Under the pieces are notes generated by a model, which worked only from the letters and a program-made list of their open reading frames with translations, ran no database searches and was not told the origin of the DNA. The translations under genes were made by a program, and so were the position numbers. DNA of 64,000 nt. Source: Haplodiscus bocki. Lineage: Eukaryota. Numbering within the stretch: position 1 is the stretch's first letter; every line of letters starts with the position of its first letter. This document shows, in pieces, positions 51,386 to 62,818 of this stretch. Location of the stretch: the NCBI GenBank assembly GCA_965655095.1, contig OZ296648.1:25482001-25546000 (forward strand). The letters are read 5' to 3'.

Positions 51386-52467
51386 GCGGACAGAGCTCCA
51401 ATTTCGATGCCATTGAGTTTTACAAAGTTCCATTCACTCAAGCCTTAGACTTGGTCCGCGGGAAACGAGCGTTTTTGCACGATGGATTCCTATTCGTTCC
51501 CCATACTGATATTTCATCGATCGTCGTCACACATTTCAGATCGCATCTCTCCTTAGAACTCGCTCGAACTTCCCAAAGATTGTCCCTTCTTGAAGACGAT
51601 AGAATCACACCTCGACTTGTAGCTCTGAGTAATCAGTACTTGGGCAAGAATTTCGGACAAGCAAGTGGTGCAGTTTCAGTTGATCAAATAGAACAATTAG
51701 CTGCGACATCGTTCCCTCTATGTATGACTAATGTTCACAACTTCTTGAAAGAAACAAAGCATGCAAAACATTGGGCACGTCTTCAGTATGGCCTGTTCCT
51801 GAAAGCTATTGGTCTGAACTCGGACGATGCTTTAGTATTCTGGAAAAAGTATTTGACCAAGAACTGTGGAGATGGTGACGCTTTTGATAAGAAGTATTCG
51901 TATCTCTTCCGACACATGTACGGAAAAGAAGGTAAAAAGACAAGTTACTCTGCCTACAGTTGTGTGAAGATTCAAAACTCAAATGCGCCCGGAACTGCTG
52001 ACGAGTTCCATGGATGTCCCTACAAACATAATCCAGTCAACATTCTGCAAGTCAAGTTAGACAAACTTGGGCTTCACAAGACAGAGATCAACGAAGTTTT
52101 GGATTTCGTATCTAGTAAAAACTATTGCATGGCGTGCACCAAGGAGTTTGAGTTTCGACATAAGGTCGCCGAAAATATGTTCACGTCTATTACTCACCCG
52201 AATCAATACTACGAGGAAAGCGTCCGCTTTTCTACCACTGGCAATGTTTCCAATAGAATGCGAGGTGTCCAAGCCAGCGAAGCAGTGCCGTTGGATTCTT
52301 TTGTTCAAGAACATGAAACGTTTGTGGCGTCTCAGAGAAACCTAAGTCAAGGTGGTGACATTAAAACAATATCTAATAGTGTGGCCGCAAAAAATCAAGA
52401 TGGAGTCAGTGATGAAGACATGCAGTTTTTGGACTTGAACGCTGCTGAGTTTGAAGATGATTTCTGA
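51386..52467 (+). CDS. PRIM2: DNA primase large subunit, exon 2 (4Fe-4S domain)
   Basis: TTCCAG acceptor, phase 1. FYKVPFTQALDLVRG, FPLCM, RLQYGLFLKAIGL, RHMYGKEG, YSCVKI, HGCPY, ACTKEF, HPNQYY; four Fe-S cysteines present. Total about 548 aa. Confidence 0.96.
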
Positions 52468-53295
52468 TTGGCTGTTGCAACTATCAGCTTAGATTGAGTG
52501 TGTAGAAACGATTTGTGATTGGCTCTGCTTCGAGAAATCTTATTGGCCACCTACTCAATTAAAGTAGAGAAAAATCGACACTCATTGCGAAAAATTCAAA
52601 TTCTATCATTTTCAATTGTGCAATTCTTTTTTTTTTTAGAAAATCAAAATTTTACAGAACACATGAGTGACCGGGAAAAGTACGTTATGTATTTTACACA
52701 TGAAACTACTGTATTGAATTTTGATGTGAATGTTGACATTGTTTTGACCTTTTCATGTGCAATGTTTGGAGTAATTTTATTTTTTTTTTGTGATTAAAGA
52801 CATTCTGGTAATTTAATTGGTAATTTAATTGCTAATTCTTAATAAGCCAGGACGCTTTTATCTGGAGCAACTTTTATTCTAGCACCAACTGGGAAAAAAA
52901 CCGGCGAAATTCAAACTTCAAGTTCGGCGGTTTTTGTCTCATTATCGAAATCGGTGGATCGTCCCACTCTAAAATCAGCGGTTTTGTCTCCTATCCGCTG
53001 AAAATACGTCTCCTAGCTAAATTTAATCTAATCTCTCAATTCCCGGAGATTATTTTGTTTCCTTGAACTTTGTTCGTTAACCCTTTCAACTTTCGGATTG
53101 AAACGAGTTCTTTCATTCGTCTTAATTTATGCGGAGCCTTATCCAGCCGTCGGGACTAAATTGCGCTTTTGAAAGTTTAACTCAAAAAAGGAAGTGTGGC
53201 TGATAATACGAAAACCCATTATTGCTGCAGAGCATTCAAACCATAATCTTTTTCGTTTTTCAGTCTTTCAATAACCACGTCATCTTTTCTCCAAA

Positions 53296-53665
53296 ATGAG
53301 TTTTGCAGTTTATGAAGATTTTGGCAAGTTTTTGACCCTCAAGAATCAACTTAGCCATTTAGAGAAAACAATTTTGAACAGATCAAGACAAAATGAAGAA
53401 ACATTGTTAGAAATGATTGAAGAGCTAGTGCTCGAGTTAACGCGTGCTATCGCTAGTGAACATCAAATGAAGTTTGAGTACCTGTCCACAGATACTTGGG
53501 ATAACTTCAACTTTGATCCAACCGTGGGTATCATACCCGTGGGGAATGATTGTGAGGACAGGCCAAGAGAGATCAAGACTGTTCAAGTCTCAAGTGCAAA
53601 TGAACCTTCGCTGCAAACTTTCGACTCTTTCTTGCACACTCTACTGTGCATTCATGAGCTTTTGG
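53296..53665 (+). CDS. SPO11: Meiotic recombination protein SPO11, exon 1
   Basis: LLEMIEELVLELTRAI...WDNFNFDPTVG resembles SPO11 IENIIQDII...WENIKFEDSVG; the phase-1 donor at 53666 joins HELL-A-SNNFATKR. Confidence 0.85.
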
Positions 53666-54374
53666 GTAGTCTTTTTGGGTTTTTTGTACATTTCCTCAGA
53701 GGCATTCCACTGCTTGTTTTCCTTACCCTGATCTAGGAATTTCTTGAATGTCTTTTTGCGATCTCGAAAAATTTTGGCAGGAAATCACAGAAATTCAAGA
53801 ATTTTGGCGAAAAAATCCATATCATATATCAAAAAATACTAGGATTAAATTCTTGTAAAAAATACTTTTTTGATCTGAAATTTGTACAAACCTGAAATTG
53901 AACAGGTGGATGAACGTTTATGTGAAATATTTTTTGAATAATGATTTAAGCTCAAGTTGGTGACGAATGGAATCTACACACTTAAAAAATCTCACTAGAG
54001 TGCTGCCACGTGCATTTTTGCTTTGAAATCTTAAATTTTTGGGTGGCCGTTTTCGTGTTTGTCTAGTTGTTCATCACCAATCATTACGATTTATCAAAAC
54101 AAGTATTGGAGCTCGATTAGGAACCAATTTCGATATTAGTTCGGTTAAGTTTTACTTGCGGGTGATTGTGGTATCGGACAAGGTTTTCTACACCATTTGA
54201 AAAGTAACTAGTGCTACGAGAGTTCGAGCGCTTGAAATGGCTGATTTCAATTTTAAATTACGTAAGCAATGCTCATTGCAAAAAAACCTTGGGCCTTAAT
54301 TCTTTTCATTTGCATAGCTGTTTTTCATACTAGTTCGCTTTACAAAAACGGTGATATGTTGATGTGTATTTTAG

Positions 54375-54527
54375 CGTCCAACAATTTTGCCACGAAGCGT
54401 GACTTGTTTTACCGCAACCCGTCGGTTTATGATGGCAAACAGAGGAACCTCGATCGTAATGTGGATATCATTTGTAGCATGTTCAAGGCCGACCGGTTGG
54501 ATTTCCATGTTATGTCTTCTGCCAAAG
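54375..54527 (+). CDS. SPO11: SPO11 exon 2 (winged helix, catalytic Tyr)
   Basis: ATKRDLFY catalytic motif...DFHVMSSAKG; TTTTAG acceptor, phase 1 at both ends. Confidence 0.93.
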
Positions 54528-55167
54528 GTTAAAAGCGCGTCAATTTCTTTCATGTTTCTCGCAAAACGTCCTGTAACTGGCATTTCAGATTATTTTCCCA
54601 GTAAGTGAATGTTGGAGATGCCTGGGGCATGCTCTTTCGACATTGGCTATTAGGACTTCAAAAAAATCAATTTTACAAAGTAGTAGTGTTACTTGCTTTT
54701 TGTTATTTTAACGCTTTTTGGTAACGACATTTTGCTACTTCGTCCGACACAAGGATTTTCGTGCCACATTTTGAAAATTTATATATTTTTTCACAACGCA
54801 GTAAAGATGGGTGGGAGTACAAGAGGGACCATATGGACCATCATGTTAGCTGCGAGTGTGCGCAAATGAAAAATATAAATTGTTTTTCTTCTTGCCCAGT
54901 CAATATACTTTTGAATGAAAACCCCGGCAAATTTTGATATCATCTATATCCCAATTCGTGGAAAAAGAATTGGACCCTATGGTTATATCAAAACTTTCCG
55001 TAGTCCTATCCGCCTTGGGCGGCTATGTTTTGACTTTGGTAATATTCAGGACTTCGATTGTATATGTGCTAAGGATGTTTTTAGATTTTTACACCCGATG
55101 CGTTTCTTTGGGGTAGCAATTGTTGACAATGAATAACCTGCTTAAAACTAATTTTTGTTTTCAACAG

Positions 55168-55423
55168 GATTAATTTTCGGTGATCTGAAAATGAAGTTGA
55201 GTCAAGGCGCTGGTCACGTAGACTGCCTCGCCTGTCCACAATCAATTCCTTTGAAATTGGATGAAGTATGCGACGTTCATTCAACAGCTAAGTTCATTTT
55301 GGTCATTGAGAAAGATGCGACTTTCCAAAACTTTGTGCAAAATAATCTAATCAAGATGTTGCCTAATTTCATTATGTTTACTGCCAAAGGATACCCCGAT
55401 ATTGCTAGTAAAGCCTTTCTCAG
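55168..55423 (+). CDS. SPO11: SPO11 exon 3 (Toprim)
   Basis: GLIFGDL, FILVIEKDATFQ, TAKGYPD; phase 1 in, phase 2 out. Confidence 0.95.
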
Positions 55424-56080
55424 GTAGTTTTGCAGAATAAGCATGTTTTTAGATGCCAGCATTCCGGATCCCATGTTTCTAGTATCTCGGACAATTTTCC
55501 TTCATGATTGTTTTTCAAATCTAACAAAGAGTCACCATTGGAAACAAAACGTGTTTGAAATTTTTCAGCAGTTGCAATCGAGGTGGATTTGTCTGGACAT
55601 GGTTTCCACAATGAAGGTAGATACTTTTTGAAAAAAATCCAAAATTGTCCCATTTTCACTTTAGAAGTGAGTTATTTATCAGTTGAGCTTGTGGTTGTCA
55701 CATAACAAGAGGTATTTGATGAACTACACTTTTGCAGCGAATTCAGTCTGACGTCATAAATTCGGGCCAAAGTGTCCGCATGTGATTACCAGAATAGCTG
55801 CCATTTATGCTCCAATACTCTTGAGTCCCCATTATCTTTGAGACCTGAGTAAAATTCACTTTATTGATCACTCCCAAATTAGCTTTTAACAATTACGGAT
55901 CATTTTTCCTTTGCGAAGCGCGGAACTGTCCAAAAACCAATTTTTCATCCTCTGACATTTGAGGGTTGTCTCAATTACTGGAGTTGAATTAGGAATTCTC
56001 GCTCGCTCTGCCTCTTCTGTATCCCATAGCTGAGACCTCTTCTTTATAGTTACCCCCTGGCAATTAGATTTGTGTTGTAG

Positions 56081-56309
56081 GTTCCTGGTGGTACTGCTCA
56101 AGATTCCAGTTTTTGTTTTGTGCGACGCAGACCCTCATGGGATAGACATTATGACGCAATACAAGTATGGATCTCGTAACTGTGCCGTGAATAATCAACA
56201 TCTCACTCTGCCATGCTTGTACTGGCTGGGAATTTGGCCTTCGGAAATGAAGAGCATGCATGTATCTCAGCAATGTCTGCTTCAACTCACTGATAACGAC
56301 TTGACCAAA
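56081..56309 (+). CDS. SPO11: SPO11 exon 4 (Toprim DxD)
   Basis: PVFVLCDADPHGIDIMTQYKYGS, WLGIWPSE, LTDNDLTK; phase 2 in, phase 0 out. Confidence 0.95.
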
Positions 56310-59300
56310 GTTAATAATTTTGATTGTCGTGGTCGGCCGCTCATTTTCATGTAATTTCAAGGTCTGATGAGTTGATGAAAAAGTTCGAGAAGCGTTGGTA
56401 AAATGATGCTTGAAAAAGTATAGAAAAGCCTCTGGAACTGTTTGTTACTTCAAAAGGTTTTCCTAATTGCGCTTCTGAAGGCCACAAAAGTATCGAATAG
56501 AACTCGCCATGGGAGTTGTTTTCAAATGTGATGATGGGTAGAATTGAAATTAATCACAAGAAGAACAAGAGGCGCAGCAGCACTGCGATATTTTCCGTCG
56601 GTGGTGGGTAAGAAAGGGCTCTAAAAATGAAATGGCTGAAGAACATGGGCACCTTAGGGAGCGAGGAGGCCCCCTCTTATTCTAGTAAGTACAATATTAG
56701 ACAAAAATTGGTATTGGCAAAACTCATTTCGAGTCCAGAGGAACATTTTCAGCCTTTTTTGAAACAAACTTTAGAATCTTATTCGGACTTTGAGCCAACA
56801 ATTTTCAGACTTTTGATAAAAAATGTTCGGCAGGGTTGTCAAAACCGCATTCTACGCGTACAAAAGAACATTTTGAAGAAAAGAGTTATTTGAAAAACAC
56901 TAAATTTTATAATTTTTTTCGGACTTAGAGCGAAAAAATTTCGGGCTTTTAGCGAAAAATGTTCGGCAGGGTTATCAAAACGTTTCTACATATCCAAAGG
57001 AACTTATTGGGATTTTTGAAAAACGTGAACATGTTCACTCCGAATTGGCAGATTCCTGAGAAAAAATTCAACCTATTGAGAGGAAGATTATCTTTTCGTG
57101 ATTTATATTATCATAACCACGGCTCAAAGTAAGAAAAAGTTAACATGCTTGTGGTGTTTCGCTGTATCAGAAACCTGGAGGCGTGTTGTGCATATACATG
57201 CAGTGAAGACTATCGTCTAGACTGATTAAAACAAAATGACCGCCTAGCACCGGAATATTTTTTGGGCAATTACAATTTTTGATCAACTTTTTTCAAAAAA
57301 TTAAAGCAAATATCAATTTCCACAAATATCACGCTCTCCACAAATATCAATTCCACCATTGATTTCTGCTATTCTTGGCATTATCGAATTATCAAGGCTC
57401 CGAAGCAAAGTACGAAGTCCGAGGTGTTTTTCTGAATCACCTGAAAATTTATAACTATCTTGCTAGATCTTGATAGGGAAAATCCAGCCAACAATTTTAT
57501 AGAAAACGAGTTTCACCATAGAAACAAGCCACTAAATCGCACCTTTGCCAATTTCAGCCCATGAGAGTTCGATTGCAAGGAAAATGTTTCGGAATATGTT
57601 TATCCAGTGGCCTTACACGCAGATGAAATTGTCCACTGAGACCTTGAACGGAATCCAGTCGGTAGTTTTGGAGACATGAGTTGAAATCTCAAGAAAAACC
57701 ACATCCATATACAAGTTTTAGAATTCTCTGCCAATGAGGTTTCCGCTGGAGCGACAAGACAATGTTCTTATTTGAAAACTGTTCAAACTAGTAAACTTGT
57801 CGATCGACGTCTTGATGAAGAAATGCAGCCGATAGCTTTGGAAAAAATTAGTTTTAATATATAGACTTATACATAAGTTTTGGCAATCCAAGCCTATCAA
57901 ATTTTAGAAGAAAAGAGAGCATATGGATACTAAATCATGCTGTAGAAAAAAATTGTTAACTGACGGAAGAAATCCTGGCAGTTGCTCTCGGGGAAACCGA
58001 CTTTGATTACCAAGTGGAGTCATACCATTATTAAGTTTTTGACTATTTTGGAAAGAGCCAAATGCATTTTTAATGAAACAATTAACTTTTCACGGGTAGA
58101 AATTTGTCGATTGATAGTTGGTGGATGAAATGGAGCCAGTAGTTTTGGAGAACAAAAGCTTTGATTCTGAGGAAATATCGGAAACTTTTGCACTTTCTGG
58201 CTTTTTAGGTCTCCAAACTTTTCGATGTCAGAAACGTTTCCCTAAAAGAATACTTTTGAATGATGCCCTATAATAGCAAAATTGTTGACGGAGACCTTGA
58301 TTTGAGAAACTCAGCCGGTTGTTTTGAAAAAAAATCGAGTTTGGTTATCAAGACAGATCATACGAATATGGAATTTTTTGGCAATTTGCGCCTATCAAGT
58401 TTGCGTTGTTAAGAACCAAACGCAACAACCTTCAAGAAAAATCAAACAACTTCCACTTTCTATCTGTCGGTCCATAAAGTTTGCGATTTAAGATTATTTA
58501 AGATATTTAAGGGAAAATATCCTTGAACAATGTTCTACGGATAAAAATTGTTGATTGAGACCATGATTGAAGAATTCGATGTTGTTGTCAAAGGAATCGA
58601 GTCTCTATCCAGACGATTCATACAAATATGCAAATGTTGAGTTTCCGCGTATCAACTTTTGTTCCCTAGGAACCAAACAAAGTTTTGACATTAGATTAGC
58701 TTATTCCAAGTAAAAAAATTTGGACTGAGACATTGATTGAAGAAGTGCAGCCGACAGTTCTGCTAAAATTTAGCTTTGAATTTCGAGAAAAGTCTTTATT
58801 GTATGCACTTTCCTGCTTAATCTATCCGCAAAGTTCTCGATGGAAGAACTGGCATCGCAGACATTGTTGTTGCAGGGCGTTTTGCAAGTAGGAAACTGTC
58901 GATTGAGACCCTGACAGAGGAGTTATAGCGGGTAGTTTTGAAGAAAAATTAGGATGGTTAATATACGTAGAAGGAGTTGTTGCTAATTTCGGTCAAAGGA
59001 GTATCTATTGGAACCGTCAAATCACAGAATATTTGCCGAATACCCTCTTATATGGTGACAGTATTCTAGTGGGATGTTGATAGATGATAACAAGGTAGTT
59101 TTGAACAAAATTTGGTTTGAGTTTTGTTTTATAAAATTACCTGTCTAATATTTTTTTAGCTGAATTCATCCTTGTTGCAGATTTCAGGTATTCAAATCGA
59201 AGTACTTCGATAAAAATGGACCTTCTACGAATTGAAAACTGATTTCTAGTCGTGATGGAAAAAGTACATTCGGTCGCTTTGTAGGGAAATGATTTAGACT

Positions 59301-59984
59301 ATCTGGAATGTTATTTCCCATGTTTTTTTTCAGCCTGGTCTGACGCTAAGGACTATGCAACGTATACACGGACGTATTCCAGGAAAATTGTTGATGAATT
59401 GGGTTTTTGGTGTTTAAGGCTCAGATACGAAAACAATATACAGGTACGCGAGGAATCTTAGCGCGATAAACAATTCAATTCTTAAAACGAAGTCATTTCA
59501 CAAAATGAAGACATAGTTTTCGGATAGTTGAAACTTATCGAAAGGTCTTTTTTTCCGATTTTCTAAAATTTTCAAACAAGTTGGGTTGATTCATTTATGA
59601 GGAAGAAGCAAGTTTTTTTCGTAAAACAGAATAACCCTATAGTATATCGAAAAAACTATCGTGGGACAAAAACTATCAAAAAATGTATCAAAGTTTCAAG
59701 AAACATGAAACTAGCTGATAAAGGAATTTTTGCGTTCTGATTTGGGGCTACTTATATGCGGTGAGACCACATATATGTATTATGCAACAGGCCAATAAAT
59801 CTGAAACACGAAGTTTTCATGACTCACAAGTTCTGGTAAAGGAAAAAATTGCACCAGTGAGGTGACTGTTCTCCTTTTTGAAAAAAATATGGACTAAAAC
59901 AAAAACAAGCTGAGAACAGGTGAAAATCGAAGCTGATCATCTGTCTGGCGCGAAAGCTGCGATAATTCATAGTAGGGTATTACA

Positions 59985-60760
59985 AAAAATTGTCGGAAAC
60001 TTTTTGTCTCACAGTACCGAAAAGTTAGTAAGGGTGCCCTTTATTTTTTCTAAAAATATCCGCTGTTTCTGAAAGTTCCTGGCGCTGCCCATTTGTCGGG
60101 TGCGAAAATTGTGGTGAACCATAGAGAGGGTATTACAAAAAGATTGCAAAAACTTTTTATCCAAGAAAATTTTGATGAGGGGGTCGTTTGGTCTTCCTGA
60201 AAGTTTCTGGTATCGAAGATTTCTGCTTAAGATATCATAATTTTTCGTCAAAAATATACTGTCTCACAGTGCCGAAAATTTTCGTAGAAGGGAGCTTTTG
60301 GTGTTTGCAAGTACTTGCCTCTATTTTGCATAAACTGCACTTGCACGCTTCAAAATAATTTGCCGGGGAAAACAATTGGGAAAAATAGTGGAAAATTCTT
60401 GAAAATAATAAGAATAGAAGATAATAGAAAAAACAATCCTCGTTAATGTAAATCGTATTAATAAAGTAGGAAAATAAAGGTGAATGCTGGGAATCGAACC
60501 CGTACCTACCGCTTCAGAACCCTGTTGTTCTAACCACTATACTATTGTAAAAATTGGAGTTTATGATTTCACTGACATTTGTCAGAAAAATATCTGACAC
60601 GACAGAAATTCAAACCCGGACCTACTGCTTGAGAAATTTTTGTCCTCACTGCACTGCCGGGTCAATTTATTTAAAAATGAAAATAGTTGCCAAAAATACA
60701 CTGAGAAAAAATGACCCTACTAAATGAAAATTTTTTCTTACACATTTGAAAGTTTGTGGC
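59985..60760 (+). repeat. Tandem-array plus double pseudo-tRNA element in SPO11 intron 4
   Basis: TGTCTCACAGT(A/G)CCGAAAA units, followed by reverse complements of the 31578-31752 modules and the AAAAAATGACCCTACT tail also seen at 38975 and (inverted) 31520. Confidence 0.75.
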
Positions 60761-61122
60761 GAGAAATATTAACGAAGCCTTTTGTTCCAAGGTATTTTTT
60801 GTTAAACGTAGAAATCAGGGTATTTTACTATCCTCGTCGAAATTAAAGCATGTGCAAAAATTAAGGGCCAATAAGTATCCTTAATTTCGAACACGGAAGG
60901 GTATTTATATGAAAAAGAATTGAAACCCAGAATAGTGGCGGCCGTGTGTGCATCAGGTCAGTCTTCCCTTCTCCACAATTGCGCTCATCCAAGATTCGAC
61001 TTCATTGAACGTACTTGGATGGCAGTCTACCACGTAGCTGTGAAAGAATTTTTTGTTTTGGAGCTCTTTAAAAATCTGAGGTACCGGTCAAGCGTCTTTA
61101 TAATTTTTAAATTTGACTCTAG

Positions 61123-61605
61123 ATTGAAGAATTGAAAAGGAGACCCTATATGAGTCACCATCCAGAGTGGAAGAATGAACTGGAGGTACTAGTCTCGTCG
61201 GGCCAAAAAACTGAAATTCAGGCAATCGCAGCGTCGTCATCTGAAGGCGTGTTCATATTTGGTTATTTAATCACAAAGCTGAAAGCTCTTTCTCATGGAA
61301 CGGATCCTTACGTTCGACCTCAACTAGAATCCCCAACAAATTCTTCTTTGGATTCTTTGTGGTGTTCGTCTTCTGTAGACGAAGCGGAGGAACAAGATGA
61401 AAATATTTCAATAGAACAAGATTTTGAATTGCCCGAAGTTCGAGTTGATCATTCAGAATCGGATGTTGACTTTGGCCAGGAAGAAGAAAGTCAAGAAAGA
61501 GATAAGTCTTATTCAAGAGACTCTTTGGAATCACAAGAGAGTCAACTGTCGAACAATTGTTGCTCTCAGGACTCCTTGATGTCCCATAGTTCTTCTGAGT
61601 TGTAA
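61123..61605 (+). CDS. SPO11: SPO11 exon 5, with acidic Ser-rich C-terminal extension
   Basis: CTCTAG acceptor, phase 0. LKRRPYMSHHPEWKNELEVLVSSGQKTEIQAI...YLITKL matches SPO11 RRPY..QPFWRKEM...KAEIQAL...YLPNKL. Total CDS 1491 nt, 496 aa. Confidence 0.9.
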   Translation: MEELKRRPYMSHHPEWKNELEVLVSSGQKTEIQAIAASSSEGVFIFGYLITKLKALSHGTDPYVRPQLESPTNSSLDSLWCSSSVDEAEEQDENISIEQDFELPEVRVDHSESDVDFGQEEESQERDKSYSRDSLESQESQLSNNCCSQDSLMSHSSSEL

Positions 61606-61800
61606 TTTTGGAGCTTATAGTTTTGAAAAATGGAAATTTTGTGAATTTTGAAGAAAATGAAAAATTCAGGGGAAAGTTAAAATTCTGCTTTTCTCCCGAC
61701 GTTATCATTTTGCCGGCTTCTTGGAAGTTTTGAACACTGGATCTATGCAATGATTTGGTTCGCTTCCTCATGTGGAATATTGTAACCTTATGCATGAACA

Positions 61801-61806
61801 AATAAA
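61801..61806 (+). promoter_or_regulatory. Candidate polyadenylation signal (AATAAA) for SPO11
   Basis: Only canonical AATAAA seen between the SPO11 stop and PFDN6; followed by a T-rich tract. Confidence 0.5.
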
Positions 61807-61882
61807 ACTAAGGGTTTTGCCGTTAATATGTGCTTGCTTTTGTCAAAATTCCATTTTGTGGGTTTCTTTTCAGATATTGAGA

Positions 61883-62032
61883 ATGCAGGGCATCCAAGAG
61901 CGCATTCAGAAGGAGAGTGAGTTCTTTGCCAAGAACCAGAAGGAGATGCAGAAGTTGTTGGAAAACAGACAAAAGCTAGATGCGCAGATCAACGAAAACA
62001 AACTGGTGAAAGAAGTACTTGATGACTTGACT
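61883..62032 (+). CDS. PFDN6: Prefoldin subunit 6, first coding exon (rest not found in the window)
   Basis: MQGIQERIQKESEFFAKNQKEMQKLLENRQKLDAQINENKLVKEVLDDL matches PFDN6 RQKLEAQLTENNIVKEEL; GTAAGT donor at 62033. Confidence 0.9.
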
Positions 62033-62561
62033 GTAAGTTGCTGCATAATCACAGATTGGAAGCTATTTTCTTTTTTTAGCCGGCGCTTTTACGTTAGTAA
62101 AAAAAGCCAACCCTTTTAGTCATTTTGTTTTTGATTTTTTTGAGATCACAACTAATTGTCTACTTTTTCCCTTACTTTTTTCCCGGTATATTATTTGAAA
62201 GCATGCAAGTACCTGCTATAACAAGCATGGACAACTACTCACAGACGCCAAAAGGGGCCTTCTACGAAGTCTTTCGGCACCCTTGAGACAAAAAAAATCG
62301 TGCAAAAATCGTGATATTTCAGAAACGCCAAAAGGTCCTCATACAGTTTTCCCCTACAATTTTGGTACTGTGAGGCAAAAATTTTGATCAAAAGTTGTGA
62401 TACCTTCCTTATCCATAAAGTTTTTTGATAACACAAACTTTCCCGAGACACCAAAGGCCCCCCCTCACGAATTCTTTGTGACACGAAAAGTTTTCAACTT
62501 CTTTTTTTTGTGATATCCCCTCTATGGTTTATTTCGCGCCCGATAAATGGGCAGCGCCGAC

Positions 62562-62818
62562 AAGAGTAAATTGTGGAAAAAAAAAGCATCTTCAACAAAA
62601 TTGGAGGGCGGAAAAATATACCGGTGGAGAAATATTAGTTCTAGAAACAAGTGATATTTTATTCCATAGATTGAGGAGTTTTTCTTCATTGTTTGTAGAG
62701 GTATTCAAGTAAAAATTTTTGCGGTTACTAATACAATACGGCCAGTCACAACCGGTATATTTTTCTGCCCCCCCCCCTCAATTTTGTTAAAGACGTTTTT
62801 TTTCCAAAATATACTCTT
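62562..62818. mobile_element. MITE with ~65-bp imperfect TIRs in the PFDN6 intron
   Basis: AAGAGTA.ATT.TGGAAAAAAAA...AACAAAATTG...AAAAATATACCGGT occurs at both ends in inverted orientation; no clear TSD. Confidence 0.7.
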
